DNA of 63,669 nucleotides, filler included, from Asterionella formosa (GCA_002256025.1; 26 parts of 26 records of this genome joined end to end with filler, not necessarily neighbours in it), one strand, 5' to 3'; shown: positions 1-12,574, counted from the whole stretch's first letter. Notes: generated by a model not told the origin, from the letters alone. Translations and numbers: made by a program.

Positions 1-862
1 ATCTACAATGCAAGCGAATATTCATCAATTTATAGGAATACAAATAGAACTATTGATTTGTTCCGGTAACAACTAAAGCTATGACTACTAATTGGACTAC
101 AATGATACTATCATATGACATAAGGGCATGCAAAAGTGATGTGTGGGTAGAATTTGAATTATAAAAGCTATTAGTCCAATCGATTACAGTAGTGGTTTGT
201 CATGTTGTGTTGTGATGCTGATGTTGATTTTCAATCACAAGCAAGATAAATTATAGAATATTTTGGCGTGATGCTAGCGTGGTCTCAGTTATTTTATGAG
301 TGACAACGGACGTGATACACAGCAATCAACGGTTATATCACTGATACAGCATTGGTCAGGGGTCAAAAAACTGTATCAGTGATACATCCGTGATCAGACC
401 TAAAATCTTGTTGGTGATACAAAAAATATGAAACAAGCCGTCATTTTCGAAACAAAAACCAGAGATGATGAACCAATGATGGCCAATGATAAAATGATAA
501 GAACAACCATTGTCACTGATACAGCCATTGATCGCTGTGTATCACATCTATTGTCACTGATAAAATAATGGTAAACATGCCAACCTCACACTAAAAATTG
601 TGTGAACAAAAATTTATTGTGTTATGGTCGTTGACATTGCTTAACATCTGCCCAACATGAAAACCTTTCTGCAATTGATTTTCTCATGGCATATTTGATT
701 TGAATTTTACACTCACACTACTTTTGATTGCTCTCGTCATATCATGATAGCTACAGTTGTAGTCGTAGCAATGGTAATCATGGATTTGCTCGTTGCTTGA
801 ATAAATCAATACCTCGTCTATTTGCATTCCAATAAATTGCCTAACATTTTCTTTCATCATAG
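1..862. repeat. Degenerate long inverted repeat (foldback/MITE-like); arms ~1-345 and ~511-862
   Basis: ttattttatgagtgacaacggacgtgatacacagcaatcaacgg (~289-332) matches the reverse complement of ~526-569; caatttataggaatacaaatag near the start matches the reverse complement of ctatttgcattccaataaattg (~818-839). Confidence 0.75.
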
Positions 863-2361
863 AGCGAGTTGTAATTTTGTACGCAATTTAATGTTATATC
901 TATGATTATTTTCTATTGTATTGTTCATACTATGATATATTAGGTCTCAAAGGCACAACGACTTGTTGGCCATTTTGATGGAGAAATGTATTTGAGGTTA
1001 TCAACATCATGGTCAATGCATTGATGACATGATGTTTATGAGTCTCCCAGTAATAGCATGATGGCGCAGGTACATACTAGTACTTAAAGTCTCCCTTATT
1101 TTAATTGGAGAAATTAGTTATTACATTCCTGTTTCTATATTTTCACAGAAATTAAATAATCCCTGGTCCTGCCTCAGTCATCATTAACTACATCAATGTG
1201 GTCAGACAGCATACATAGCATGATAACTGCCAGTACTCTTACTACGTCGAAAATAATACCCGGATTTGTGTGGAAGCGGAGTATGAAACTTGCATACTTC
1301 TAATAAATCTGATGTCTTAGAATAAACCATTGGAAATAAGTTCTGGTTACGATGGCTGAAGGTAGGAAATATGTGTAGTGGCTACACGTATGAGTTAAGT
1401 AATGTTCGTGGTAGTGTTGTTTAGGTCGAGCCAAGTGTGCAACTAATATCCTTCTTATGGATGCTGAAGGCATAGTAATAGTAGCCCACGTAGACATGAG
1501 GGCTGTTTAGGAAGACAAATGGTGGAAAAATCCTGCACAATGAGGACTTGTAGTACTAAAGTGTGTGGTGCCTAAAATGTGGGTAAGTTAGTGTTCTGAA
1601 GGTGTTTGAGTCAAGATTTTGCTCTCTCTTTTTTGTTTGTTTGTGTGTTGAGGCTTATCGGATTGATTCCTGTGTTGCCAGTAATGTGATAATGTGTGCC
1701 AGAGACTGCGGTTGATTGTTGAAACCTTGGATTCAATCTGTGCTAGTGTGGTGCCTTATTGTGGCGAGTGGTTTGCCTGTATTCATTGAATTCGGCTAGT
1801 TGTGTTGACTCAACATCATAATGATGAGGTAGGACGAAACTGTGCTCTGACATGCTGTGGGAAGAGCCAGTGGCTCTTTTATTCCCTTTGTAGCTGAGTC
1901 TGTTACTGATACATTGCTGATTGATATCTTTTCAAATCAAGTGATACCCAATGCGAAATGATAAGAATGACCCTAGTGCATCATATGATATCATTCCATC
2001 AGACCCTGGTAAAAAAATTCTTACCGGTAAGTATAGACAGGCCATAAAATATACTAAGTAGACGGGATGGAATGTATTTATGGGAATTTTTACATTTGTG
2101 TACAGTACCCTGGTCCAGTACAGCCAAGAAAAATGCCGTCGAATATGGATAAATCCACAGACAGTTACCACCATTAGGTGCAAATAACGCACTCTCCACT
2201 CATACACAACTATTTGTGTTGTTTCTTGAGATAAAATCATTCTAGAAAATACATAGTTCCGATGGAGAACACCAGAAGTCTGCATCGTATCGATGAAAAA
2301 ATATTGTTGAATTTCGCTTGCAGGTGATATTGGAAATTCGATTGACTTACAAAAAGGTGAA

Positions 2362-2461
2362 NNNNNNNNNNNNNNNNNNNNNNNNNNNNNNNNNNNNNNN
2401 NNNNNTTAATTAATTAANNNNNNNNNNNNNNNNNNNNNNNNNNNNNNNNNNNNNNNNNNNN
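2362..2461. other. Artificial contig spacer N44-TTAATTAATTAA-N44 (first of 25; next at 4823, 7282, 9745, 12204 ... 58788, 61229)
   Basis: The same 100-nt N/TTAATTAATTAA/N block recurs every ~2.45 kb; TTAATTAATTAA gives stops in all six frames; content changes abruptly at each spacer. Confidence 0.99.
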
Positions 2462-4822
2462 CAAGATTGACCCTCGCTCATAACGTCACGCATGCTGTTA
2501 CCGCTGATAGAGTCAACGACCCTACTGTTCACTTCAGCTTCCGACGAGGACGTAACACCATCATGGCCGACATTAGGTGACCTTTCGTCGTAGTGTGAGG
2601 TATTTGAATGCTGTGCTTCGACAAAAGTGTTATCTGAACTAGAAATGATACCAGCAAAGTCCGAGCCACTCAATCTGTCTGGCAAAGAGGCAGCGTGAAG
2701 AGGCAAGGAATTGTTACCCTTGTAGCCATCAGACCATGAGCTTGCGGTTCCGTCGTCATTCGTATCATCTCTCAACATTATTGCGTTCCCTGTTGTCGAC
2801 TGTAGAGCCACCCCTTCTAAGATATCTGCAGTATCATGATCGAAGTCCCAAGATTGACCCTCGCTCATAACGTCACGCATGCTGTTACCGCTGACAGAGT
2901 CAACGACCCTACTGTTCACTTCAGCTTCCGACGAGGACGTAACACCATCATGGCCGACATTAGGTGACCTTTCGTCGTAGTGTGAGGTATTTGAATGCTG
3001 TGCTTCGACAAAAGTGTTATCTGAACTAGAAATGATACCAGCAAAGTCCGAGCCACTCAATCTGTCTGGCAAAGAGGCAGCGTGAAGAGGCAAGGAATTG
3101 TTACCCTTGTAGCCATCAGACCATGAGCTTGCGGTTCCGTCATCATTCGTATCATCTCCCAACATTATGGCGTTCCCTGTTGTCGACTGTAGAGCAACCC
3201 CTTCTAAGATATCTGCAGTATCTTGATCGAAGTCCCAAGATTGACCCTCGCTCATATCGATTCGCATGCTATTACCATTGACAGAGTCAACTACCCTACT
3301 TTTCAATTCAGCTTCTGCCGAGAACAAATTCACATCATGGCAAAGATCGGGTGACCTATCATGGTCGTTTGAAAAATCTAAATGTTGGGCACACCTGCTG
3401 CGGCTATAGGAATGATCGTCTGGGTCAACTGATCTCCTCGGTAACAATTCACCACGAGAGTCAAATGAGCGCGCATCGGATCGATGACTATGACCACTAT
3501 AAACCGAGCGATCACCGGTGGTGACCATGGGACTCCTTGACAATGGAGCACCATTGGAGTCGATCGAAATGTCGTCGGAACAATGGCTCCTCGAGCTGAC
3601 AATGGAGCGATCCGATGTGCCTTCTGGTCTCTTCTGATCTTGACCGATGAAGGAATCGGCAGAATTCTCGTTCTTGTCAGAGCGATAACTACCAATGGAG
3701 TATGCTGCATCGCTTGCAGCAGCCGCACTCCTCGGAAGTGGCTCGCTGTCCCTCTCGACAGAGTGATCGCAAGATTGATTACTTTCGTTATTCAATGAAT
3801 GATCTCTATCGAACGCACTATGACGAGAACCGGCATTACTTTCTGGCGATGACTCTTTGTTTGAAGAATATTTCGAGGATCTGACAGAACCTGTGGAGTC
3901 CCGGTCCTTTGCAACATCCGTCAAAGCTACGGAGGCGTCCAATACATTTGATCGATTTCCCCCACTATGGTCGGTCCGATAATCAGAGCGATTCTCAGAG
4001 TCTGATCGGAACGTCCGTGGTGAACCATTGGTATCCATAGTATGGTCGCCTGACAGGTAGCTCCTTGTATAGGAGGAATGATGACCGCTGTCGTCTCGTC
4101 TACTGAGCAATGATTGGTTGAAAGGATCCAAGGAGCGCTCATTTGATCGATAGCTGCTGCTGCGGCTATAGGAATGATCGTCTGGGTCAACTGATCTCCT
4201 CGGTAACAATTCACCACGAGAGTCAAATGAGCGCGCATCGGATCGATGACTATGACCACTATAAACCGAGCGATCACCGGTGGTGACCATGGGACTCCTT
4301 GACAATGGAGCACCATTGGAGTCGATCGAAATGTCGTCGGAACAATGGCTCCTCGAGCTGACAATGGAGCGATCCGATGTGCCTTCTGGTCTTTTCTGAT
4401 CTTGACCGATGAAGGAATCGGCAGAATTCTCGTTCTTGTCAGAGCGATAACTACCAATGGAGTATGCTGCATCGCTTGCAGCAGCCGCACTCCTCGGAAG
4501 TGGCTCGCTGTCCCTCTCGACAGAGTGATCGCAAGATTGATTACTTTCGTTATTCAATGAATGATCTCTATCGAACGCACTATGACGAGAACCGGCATTA
4601 CTTTCTGGCGATGACTCTTTGTTTGAAGAATATTTCGAGGATCTGACAGAACCTGTGGAGTCCCGGTCCTTTGCAACATCCGTCAAAACTGCGGAGGCGT
4701 CCAATACATTTGATCGATTTCCCCCACTATGGTCGGTCCGATAATCAGAGCGATTCTCAGAGTCTGATCGGAACGTCCGTGGTGAACCATTGGTATCCAT
4801 AGTATGGTCGCCTGACAGGTAG
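2462..4822 (-). CDS. Ser/Asp/Arg-rich low-complexity protein fragment built of near-identical 254-aa and 129-aa tandem repeats (open at both contig ends)
   Basis: One open frame across the whole contig; 762-bp repeat period (e.g. 3583 vs 4345) and 387-bp period (caagattgaccctcgctcata at 2462, 2849, 3236), both multiples of 3. Confidence 0.75.
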
Positions 4823-4922
4823 NNNNNNNNNNNNNNNNNNNNNNNNNNNNNNNNNNNNNNNNNNNNTTAATTAATTAANNNNNNNNNNNNNNNNNNNNNN
4901 NNNNNNNNNNNNNNNNNNNNNN

Positions 4923-5684
4923 TTAAAAATAGGATTTGTCATCCAAGCTTTGCTACTTGACTTGTACACAACTCCAAGGCGGATCAAATCAATGTTTCGA
5001 AAACAACGAGGCTTCTTGGATTTCCCAATTATGAGCGGTTGCAGCTTTTACCCAGCTGCACTGCATGTCAAGGCAAATGTAACTCGATCCTTAGCTAATT
5101 TTCCTCCTTTGCATGATTTTGATACTTGATTGAGAGTTGAATTTGGGAGAGCACAATAAAAGTATTCGGTCTCATCCATGTTGAAAATGTTGGCTGGAGA
5201 ATATCCATCACACAAACTAGCCAAGAAAGCTTTCCATTCTTCAGCCTTATCAATGTCTGCATTCCCAGACTCTCCACAAACAGCATAGGATTTGACATTG
5301 TGTCTCTTCTTCCATTTTTCAAGCCAGCCATTAGATGCCTCAAGATTACGATCTTTCTTAAATGCTTTGGCAATCGACAAAGCTTTGCTTTGTAGGATGT
5401 GTCCACTAATTGGATATCCAGTTGCGCAAGCAGCGCAAAACCATCTCCACAATACTGTGTTGATTTCTGTACCAGTATAAAGGCTAGCCATTTTCATGGA
5501 TCGCATCGATTTTCTTTCCATCAATAAGTCGTCCTGCTTTTTCTTTGCCTTTTTGAACAGTTCCAATGCTTATGCCAAGTTTAAAAGCAACTTCTCTAAC
5601 ACTATTCCCTTCACCAAGAAGCTTTATTGCCGCTAACTTTGTATCAATGGAAACACTTTTACGCTTTAACTTCATTTCCGACAT
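4923..5684 (-). pseudogene. Tigger/pogo transposase (CENP-B-type HTH + DDE_1), frameshifted, with an in-frame stop
   Basis: KRKSVSIDTKLAAIKLL HTH; LWRWF...PISG..LQSKA; ASNGWLEKWKKRH; IFNMDET; GGKLAKDRVT; stop at 5048-5050, then KLQPLIIGKSKKPRCF...KAWMT; frameshift near 5490. Confidence 0.9.
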
Positions 5685-6280
5685 GCTCGTCACAACTCCT
5701 TCAGTTCCCAATGGCGATGATGTCTGAGTCTTGGAGATTGTAATAAGTGAAAGAATTGAAGCAAATGGACAAGTAACAGTTAAGCTTCCTTTCAGTAAAG
5801 TATAACTAAAAATTATTATAAAAGGGTCATGAGCAAGTACTAATGTCACGAGTGGTGATACTACCACCAGATCATTGCCACCGGTACTAAGCAAGATGAT
5901 GCTGTGGTAGGTACTATTCTACTGACACTTCTATTGCTGTGCTTGCGTAAGCATGTATTTTTGTATGCATAAACATGTAAAATGATACTCCCAGTAGAAC
6001 TGAAGATTGTCAGTCCACAGCAGGGATTTGAGATGATCAAAACATGCAAAACAAGGAAAAAACTACTGGCGCAAACTGAGTGCAGACTGTCCGGTGCTCG
6101 TTTCTATCTTATACAGAGGTCAGAATAACCCAGTTTTTCAGCGAAAGTGTATCCAAGTGTATCTAATAGAGGGTGTATCTTATATAGAGGGTCCTTTGCA
6201 AGGATATCCAAATTGAGGGCGCTTCATTGAGAAAAGTGTATTCTTATATAGAGGGTGTATCCTATAGGGAGGTTTCACTG
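4923..6280 (-). mobile_element. pogo/Tigger DNA transposon, 5' part
   Basis: Minus-strand terminus TA|CAGTGAAACCTCCCTATAGGATACACCC (TA at 6281-6282), subterminal repeats of gagggtgtatc, followed by a transposase. Confidence 0.85.
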
Positions 6281-7381
6281 TATCACGCAAAACAGGTAAA
6301 GTAAAACGAAAAAATTCTGTATGTAGTAAAAACGGAGCAAACAAAAATCCACGGTTTGGGGGGGGGGGGGGGGAGGGATTACCACCCCACAAATTGAGNN
6401 NNNNNNNNCCCCCCCCCCCCCCCCCCCCCCCCCCCGCCGCTTTGCAACACCAATCTTGATGACTTCGAAAAAATTAGATCTTCATGGTTTAATTCACTGG
6501 TGAATCAAAAATGATTATTTATTCGTTGAGTAAAGTGCATTGTCTAACATGCACTTAAAACTTTTCGAGTTTAGAGAATATTAAGCAAAGTATGCAACTT
6601 TTGCTTACTATTGCGTACCTTGGTCATTGCCATTTACCTTTTTTATTCCATTGCCCACGCTTTTGACGTTTCCGCGTTTAGACGAATAAATTAAGGTTGC
6701 AGCTCCGCAGTTACACATTGCAAGGTCCGTATTTTCCAAACATTACGTACAACAAAATAAAATAAAAATTAGCTTTCACCAACAGTGCCACTTTGCTGCA
6801 TATGCTTAGATTCAGTCATTGCTCGACTTTGTGGTATGTTCTATATTCACATATGGTAAGGACCTCATTTCTGGAGAGAAGTGGCAATTATCTCTCTAGG
6901 AATCGTAAATATCCAAAAATAGTCAAAATAGGGGGCTACGAATCATTCTAAAAATCTATTAGAGATAACTGCCACTTCCCTCCAGAAGCAAACTCTTGAC
7001 GTTATAGGGATCACGGCTATATACTTTAATCTTCATGAAACCCAACAGATGGCTGTAGAGCAATCCTCCTCCAAAAAGTCGACCCAATCGGCTTTTTCAA
7101 AAGTCGCCAAAATATTGGACTCGGAAGCCAGGGCCGCAAGAACCTTGCTTGCCCAACGCACACAAAGAAACTAGCTACTGGAGTACATCACTCACTGCAT
7201 TGCCGTTAGTCATGATACAGACGATTTTCAAACAGTCGTGAATTGAAGATGTATGGTTACATTGTTACCATAAGGGATCTANNNNNNNNNNNNNNNNNNN
7301 NNNNNNNNNNNNNNNNNNNNNNNNNTTAATTAATTAANNNNNNNNNNNNNNNNNNNNNNNNNNNNNNNNNNNNNNNNNNNN

Positions 7382-9057
7382 TTGAGACTCTTCCAGACCT
7401 TGTAGTTCTAACATTTGGGTCTGAGTCATCCTGAGTGCTTGGATTGACTTCTAACATTGCCTCTTCATTTTCAGTTTCATTTGCTGGCTCTTCATCCTCA
7501 TCTTGGATTTCATCTGAATTCATTTCAATATTATTCTCATTGTTGCCCTCGTCAGGTTCAGGGTCATCCTCTTGAGTATTGTCATTTAATTCGAGCTGTT
7601 CTGCTTCATATATTTCATCCGGAGTCATTTCGTCATAGTCTTCTTCTCCAAGAATTTCATCATTGCTTTCGTTGTCACTAGCATCTTGATCTTCATAATC
7701 TTCATCTTGTGCATCTTCAAATGCTTCATTATCATAATCCACTCCTGCAATCCAAGCACTATCATAAAATAGTTGCCCCGTTCGATTTGCTATCTTGAGA
7801 CCATCTGGCATATTTTCCTGCACAGCAAGGGCGTGTACTTGATTCATGATTGCTGGGGTAAGTGGTAGAGGAGTAATTGTTCGTCTAGTGATCAATGAAT
7901 TTGTAGGTAGGTGTAACAATTCATGACCTCCTTGCACATTGTCATTGTAGCGTAGAAAAATGCAATCTAGGCTGCGAGGTGCATTTGTGTTTGAAAACAC
8001 AGGTTCTTCATGTGCTTGGACATAAGTGCCAAATGTATACTGGCAATGTCGAGCATAGTCCAGGTTTCGTTGATGTAAAATCATACGAGGACTGTAATAC
8101 GGGGATATCCCGTTCTTTGCCGGAAAGAAATTCAGTTTCCTTGCAGATTCTGTCACTAGAATCTTAATCATCAGTCGCGGCAAATGTTTGAAAGGTAATC
8201 GATGATAAGCTGCGCGCACGCGTTCTTTAATCACTCGATTATTTCGCTCCGCTTCGGGAACATGTTCTTGTGGGTTTGCGTAGTTCATAGTGACTTGAAA
8301 TTCATTGGAAATTTGTTCCATCAAAGGTCGAAACTCGTTGTCACAGTGGATTGTTGTAATTTTAAATCCTCCGGTATTATAAACACGGAATACTTGAATC
8401 AAAGCATCTCGATAGACTTCAGCTGTCTGATTCTTGACCCATTGCGCTGTCCTATACATAATGTTTCGAGAAATTGTTGTGAGAAATGATTGTCCATTGA
8501 CTTTCATTCCATCCATGCAAAGAGTCACTTCGCGTTGAGCTTGGATAAGCTCCTTAGGAATCTCGATGTAGTCGTTCACGACTGGCAGTGGCTTGCGACG
8601 AGTTGTCTTGCCTTTTAGTGTTCCGATGTCAGGTCCAAAAATTTTCTCTGCAATTTTGATATCATCGGTAGTCACTGGATTATTGTTGATCGTATTCATA
8701 CGAATTATTGCCTTGAAATCATTAATTGATGGTGTACCCAAGGCATGAAATAGATCACGAGCTCGCTTAGCTCTCTGAAATTGACGTTCAGTGTAAAATG
8801 TTTTGTTTTCTTCAAGTGTATTCAACATTTGAGCATTCTCCACTCTAATTCTTGTAGTTGGCTTGAAAACATATAAGTTCATCCCAATTCTTTCAAATCG
8901 AACTGTTTTGTCTGGAAAATGAACAATGAATGCATCTTCTTTCTCAGAGTTGTAGGTAATTCTGTACCTATCTGCCATTTCGGCATAACTGAAGATGTTT
9001 GTGATAGCCTTTTCATTAAACCATACTTCTCCCCATTCTGGAAGATCAGCCTTCATA
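7382..9057 (-). mobile_element. Ty1/copia (diatom CoDi-like) pol fragment: end of protease, pre-integrase, integrase core, acidic linker
   Basis: IFGPDIGTLKGKTTR; LCMDGMKV; IHCDNEF; EHVPEAERNNRVIKER (DDE); FGTYVQ. Cut at 9057 by an inserted repeat. Confidence 0.9.
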
Positions 9058-9460
9058 CATCTAAGACGCCGTTTACGGCACTTTTTCGAATTTATGTGTA
9101 AAGTGACGTATTTATGCTACTTTTTTAAAATATTATGTTACTTTTCTAAAATATTATGTTACTTTTTTGAAATATTATGCTACTTTTTCCCTAATTTATT
9201 CGGGTTAAACAAAAATTTATTTCACTTATCGAATAATTATGTGATCACACCAATAATTATGTGTGTTCGTGACAATATATGTTGACCAACTAGCCATCGC
9301 AACAGTTTAAAAGCGAAATTATGCTGCTCTGCCGCAATATTATGCTGCTTTCACCATATAATGAACGAAAGAGTCGCCAATTCCGATTCACTTATTATTT
9401 TTTCCGCTCCGACATATTTCTTTGATCTGAACTGGCTGGCGAAGAATAAGACATGCAAGA
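9058..9460 (+). mobile_element. Non-autonomous element end, family CATCTAAG-A, inserted into the Copia pol
   Basis: Begins CATCTAAGACGCCGTTTACGGCACTTTTTCGAATTTATG exactly where the Copia ORF is cut; subterminal tandem aaaatattatgttactttt; homologous to 12970-13348 (-). Confidence 0.7.
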
Positions 9461-9844
9461 GGAAGATTCACACTGTAGAATTCAGCACACGTAGTATTAG
9501 TTGATGTTGTAGACACATAATTAAGTCATTGTTGATTGTAGAGATTACAATAGCCTGCCAGATTGGAAATAAAGCACCGTTGGTACTTGTTGAGCATCGT
9601 TGATCATTGCATGTCTCCGTAGTGAATCGAAATTGAGATGTGCCACAATGGCCTTCTCCGTCTCGGAGCAGCTACAAATAGTCTACAGCGATAACTCTAG
9701 CAAGTACAATATAGAAAAAGAACCAGAGGATGAGTAGCTGACAANNNNNNNNNNNNNNNNNNNNNNNNNNNNNNNNNNNNNNNNNNNNTTAATTAATTAA
9801 NNNNNNNNNNNNNNNNNNNNNNNNNNNNNNNNNNNNNNNNNNNN

Positions 9845-10708
9845 GAACATCCCGGCATCCAGCCGACACACAGTGCTACTGCAACACAGTCCCAAATCAC
9901 TGCTGCCAACCGTCTCTTTGACACCTCCCTTGACGCATTCCGCCGTTACTCCCAAATCCGTGAAATTCTCCGACAACAAATTCTAACAGCCATTGACCCA
10001 ACCTACTACAACGTTCTGGAAGATGCTACATTTGGATATGCAGACATCACTGTTCTGACCTTACTTGCTCACTTAGAATCTACATATGCAACATTGAGTG
10101 CGGATGATTTGGAACTCAATCGCATGCACTTGGCCGATGCTTGGACACCAGAGGAACCTATTGAGCATTTATGGATCCGCATCAAACATCTTCGTGCCAT
10201 TGCTGCTGCTGGTGGGGAACCTTTCTCTGACAGTACTGTCATGCGATTGACTCTTTCTGCTTTAGAACAGGCTGGTGTATATTCTCATAGCATTCAAACT
10301 TGGCGTGATCGCGCTGAGCTGGACCGTACATGGGTTAATTTTTGCCCACATTTCATGCATGCTGATAAGGAACGATTGCGCCTTGCCACCGCCACCACTG
10401 CCGGTTATCATGGTGCCCATGCTGCCATTCAAACCAGTGGCCCTCCCCCATTGTCAGCTATTGCTGCCGCTGCTCGTGCTGTCCCTTCTGGATACACTTA
10501 CAACAATGTCCAATTAGGCTATTGTTGGACTCATGGTCTTACCAAAAACCCTGACCATACCAGTGCAACTTGCAATCATCCAGCTTCTGGCCATCAACTC
10601 AATGCCACCCTTGATCGACGTCTGGGTGGCAGCGTCCGTCTTTTCAGTGATGGTCCCCGTCCTACCCGGCCACCCCGTGTTTCACCGCCACCCTCACCAC
10701 TTGCTTGA
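9845..10708 (+). CDS. gag: Ty1/copia Gag (5'-truncated by contig edge), ending at TGA 10706-10708
   Basis: Open from contig edge; AIDPTYY...FGY; WTPEEPIEHLW; zinc knuckle YCWTHGLTKNPDHTSATC. Confidence 0.88.
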   Translation, partial: EHPGIQPTHSATATQSQITAANRLFDTSLDAFRRYSQIREILRQQILTAIDPTYYNVLEDATFGYADITVLTLLAHLESTYATLSADDLELNRMHLADAWTPEEPIEHLWIRIKHLRAIAAAGGEPFSDSTVMRLTLSALEQAGVYSHSIQTWRDRAELDRTWVNFCPHFMHADKERLRLATATTAGYHGAHAAIQTSGPPPLSAIAAAARAVPSGYTYNNVQLGYCWTHGLTKNPDHTSATCNHPASGHQLNATLDRRLGGSVRLFSDGPRPTRPPRVSPPPSPLA

Positions 10709-12203
10709 TGTGGAGGGGAGCAAGTTGCTGTCGATAATACTATTAACACAAACTTATCTCCCATCACTTGTCCCCCCGTCACACTCATTGCTGATTCTGG
10801 TAGTTCTGGAAATTACGCCACTGTTGATTTACCTGTCATCAACAAACGACCTACCACCAACCCTATCACCATTCAACTTCCTAACGGCAACCATGTTAAA
10901 TCTACACATGAGGCCGAATTATCTTTACCTATGCTCTTACCTGCTGCTCGTCATGTACACATTGTCCCTGGTCTACACAATTGCTCTTTATTGAGCATTG
11001 GACAACTATGTGATTCTGGCTACGAGGTACTCTTCACCAAACTACACATGTCTGTCTTATCCGATGGTCATTGCATCCTTCAGGGCCATCGCTCCACCAC
11101 CACTCGATTATGGCATGTCACCACCGCCACGATTGATCCACCATTGCCTACCCCTACCCACTACGCTGCTGCCGCCATTGGCAGTCCCAATGCACCAGCA
11201 CTTGTTGCTTTTGCCCATGCGGCCCTCTTTTCTCCTGTTCTCTCCACTTTGGAAAGCGCATTACTCCATGGGTATCTTGTCAATTTTCCAGGTCTAACCT
11301 TAGCTGCACTACGCAAACATCCCCCTCATTCCATCGCAACCATCAAAGGCCACCTCGATCAAACACGTCAAAACGTACGATCCACACGTGTACCCTCAGC
11401 TATCATTGAGCCTGAACTTGCATCCATTCCTACTACCGATGTGTTGGGTGATGCTGATTTCCACCCTGAGTGTCTTGCAACCCCTACCCACATGTGTTTT
11501 GCGTCCATTATTGCACCCACAGGCCAAATTTACACTGATCAAACCGGAAAATTCATACTCCCCTCCAGCACTGGAAACAACTACATTATGATTTTATATG
11601 ATTATGACAGCAACTACATTTTCGTTCAGCCCTTTCATAACCGAACCGCTTCCTGCCTCCTTGCAGCATATAAAGCATTACATCAACGTTTGTGCAAAGC
11701 TGGCCTACGTCCCAAACTTCAACGCCTTGACAATGAGTGTTCTACACTCCTCAAAGACTTCTTGGACGCCGAAGATATTGACTTTCAGTTGGTCCCGCCG
11801 GCTGTCCATCGTCGCAATGCCGCTGAACGTGCAATTCGCACCTTTCAAAATCATTTCATTGCCGGTCTATGCAGTGTCGACAAACACTTTCCTCTCCACT
11901 TGTGGGACCAACTACTAGTTCAAGCTGAACTTACTCTTAACCTCCTCCGTGGCTCACGCATCAACCCCAAACTGTCTGCTTGGGCACAGGTCAATGGAAC
12001 CTATGATTACAACCGTGTCCCCCTTGCTCCACCTGGCTGTCGGGTCCTTGTTCATGCCAAGCCCCAACACCGCACCACATGGGCTCCGCATGCTCTCGAT
12101 GGTTGGTATGTCGGCCCTGCTGTGGATTCCTATCGCTGCTACCGCATCTGGATGTGGGACACACGTTCAATCAGAATCTGCGATACTGTCTCGTGGTTTC
12201 CAA
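10709..12203 (+). CDS. pol: Ty1/copia Pol (protease + integrase), in frame with gag directly after the TGA
   Basis: Same frame as gag with no further stop: CGGEQVAV...LIADSGSSGNY (protease), LLSIGQLCDSG, IYTDQTGKF, RLDNECS, HRRNAAERAIRTFQNHF; protease-integrase order is the Copia order. Confidence 0.92.
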
Positions 12204-12307
12204 NNNNNNNNNNNNNNNNNNNNNNNNNNNNNNNNNNNNNNNNNNNNTTAATTAATTAANNNNNNNNNNNNNNNNNNNNNNNNNNNNNNNNNNNNNNNNN
12301 NNNTCTC

Positions 12308-12574
12308 GTATACATGTGTTCGAGGCTGGGAAGGCACTCGTAGGGTGACCTTCTTGCAGCGCCGGGGGCGCCACTCGTACGGTCAACCTACTCGCGCCAC
12401 CCAGCCTCGAACACATGTATACTCGCAGGCAAGAGACCACCTCGGGCGTGTATTGCCTTCAGCATCACATCACTACTGGTATATATGTATCACCTTGCAT
12501 CATGCCATCCCAGTCGAGTACACATGTATACTCGCAGGCAAGAGACCACCTCGGGCGTGTATTGCCTTCAGCAT
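12308..12574. repeat. GC-rich 23-bp perfect inverted repeat overlapping a 55-bp direct repeat
   Basis: gtatacatgtgttcgaggctggg (12308-12330) / cccagcctcgaacacatgtatac (12400-12422); direct repeat 12411-12465 = 12520-12574. Confidence 0.9.

Noticed and set aside
3378..4646. Duplicated short ORFs in alternative frames
   Set aside because: Shadows of the 762-bp repeat in the long minus-strand ORF.
6356..6436. Poly-G / N / poly-C tract (also 44215-44264) as a G-quadruplex element
   Set aside because: Adjacent to gaps and contig ends; homopolymer length is unreliable.
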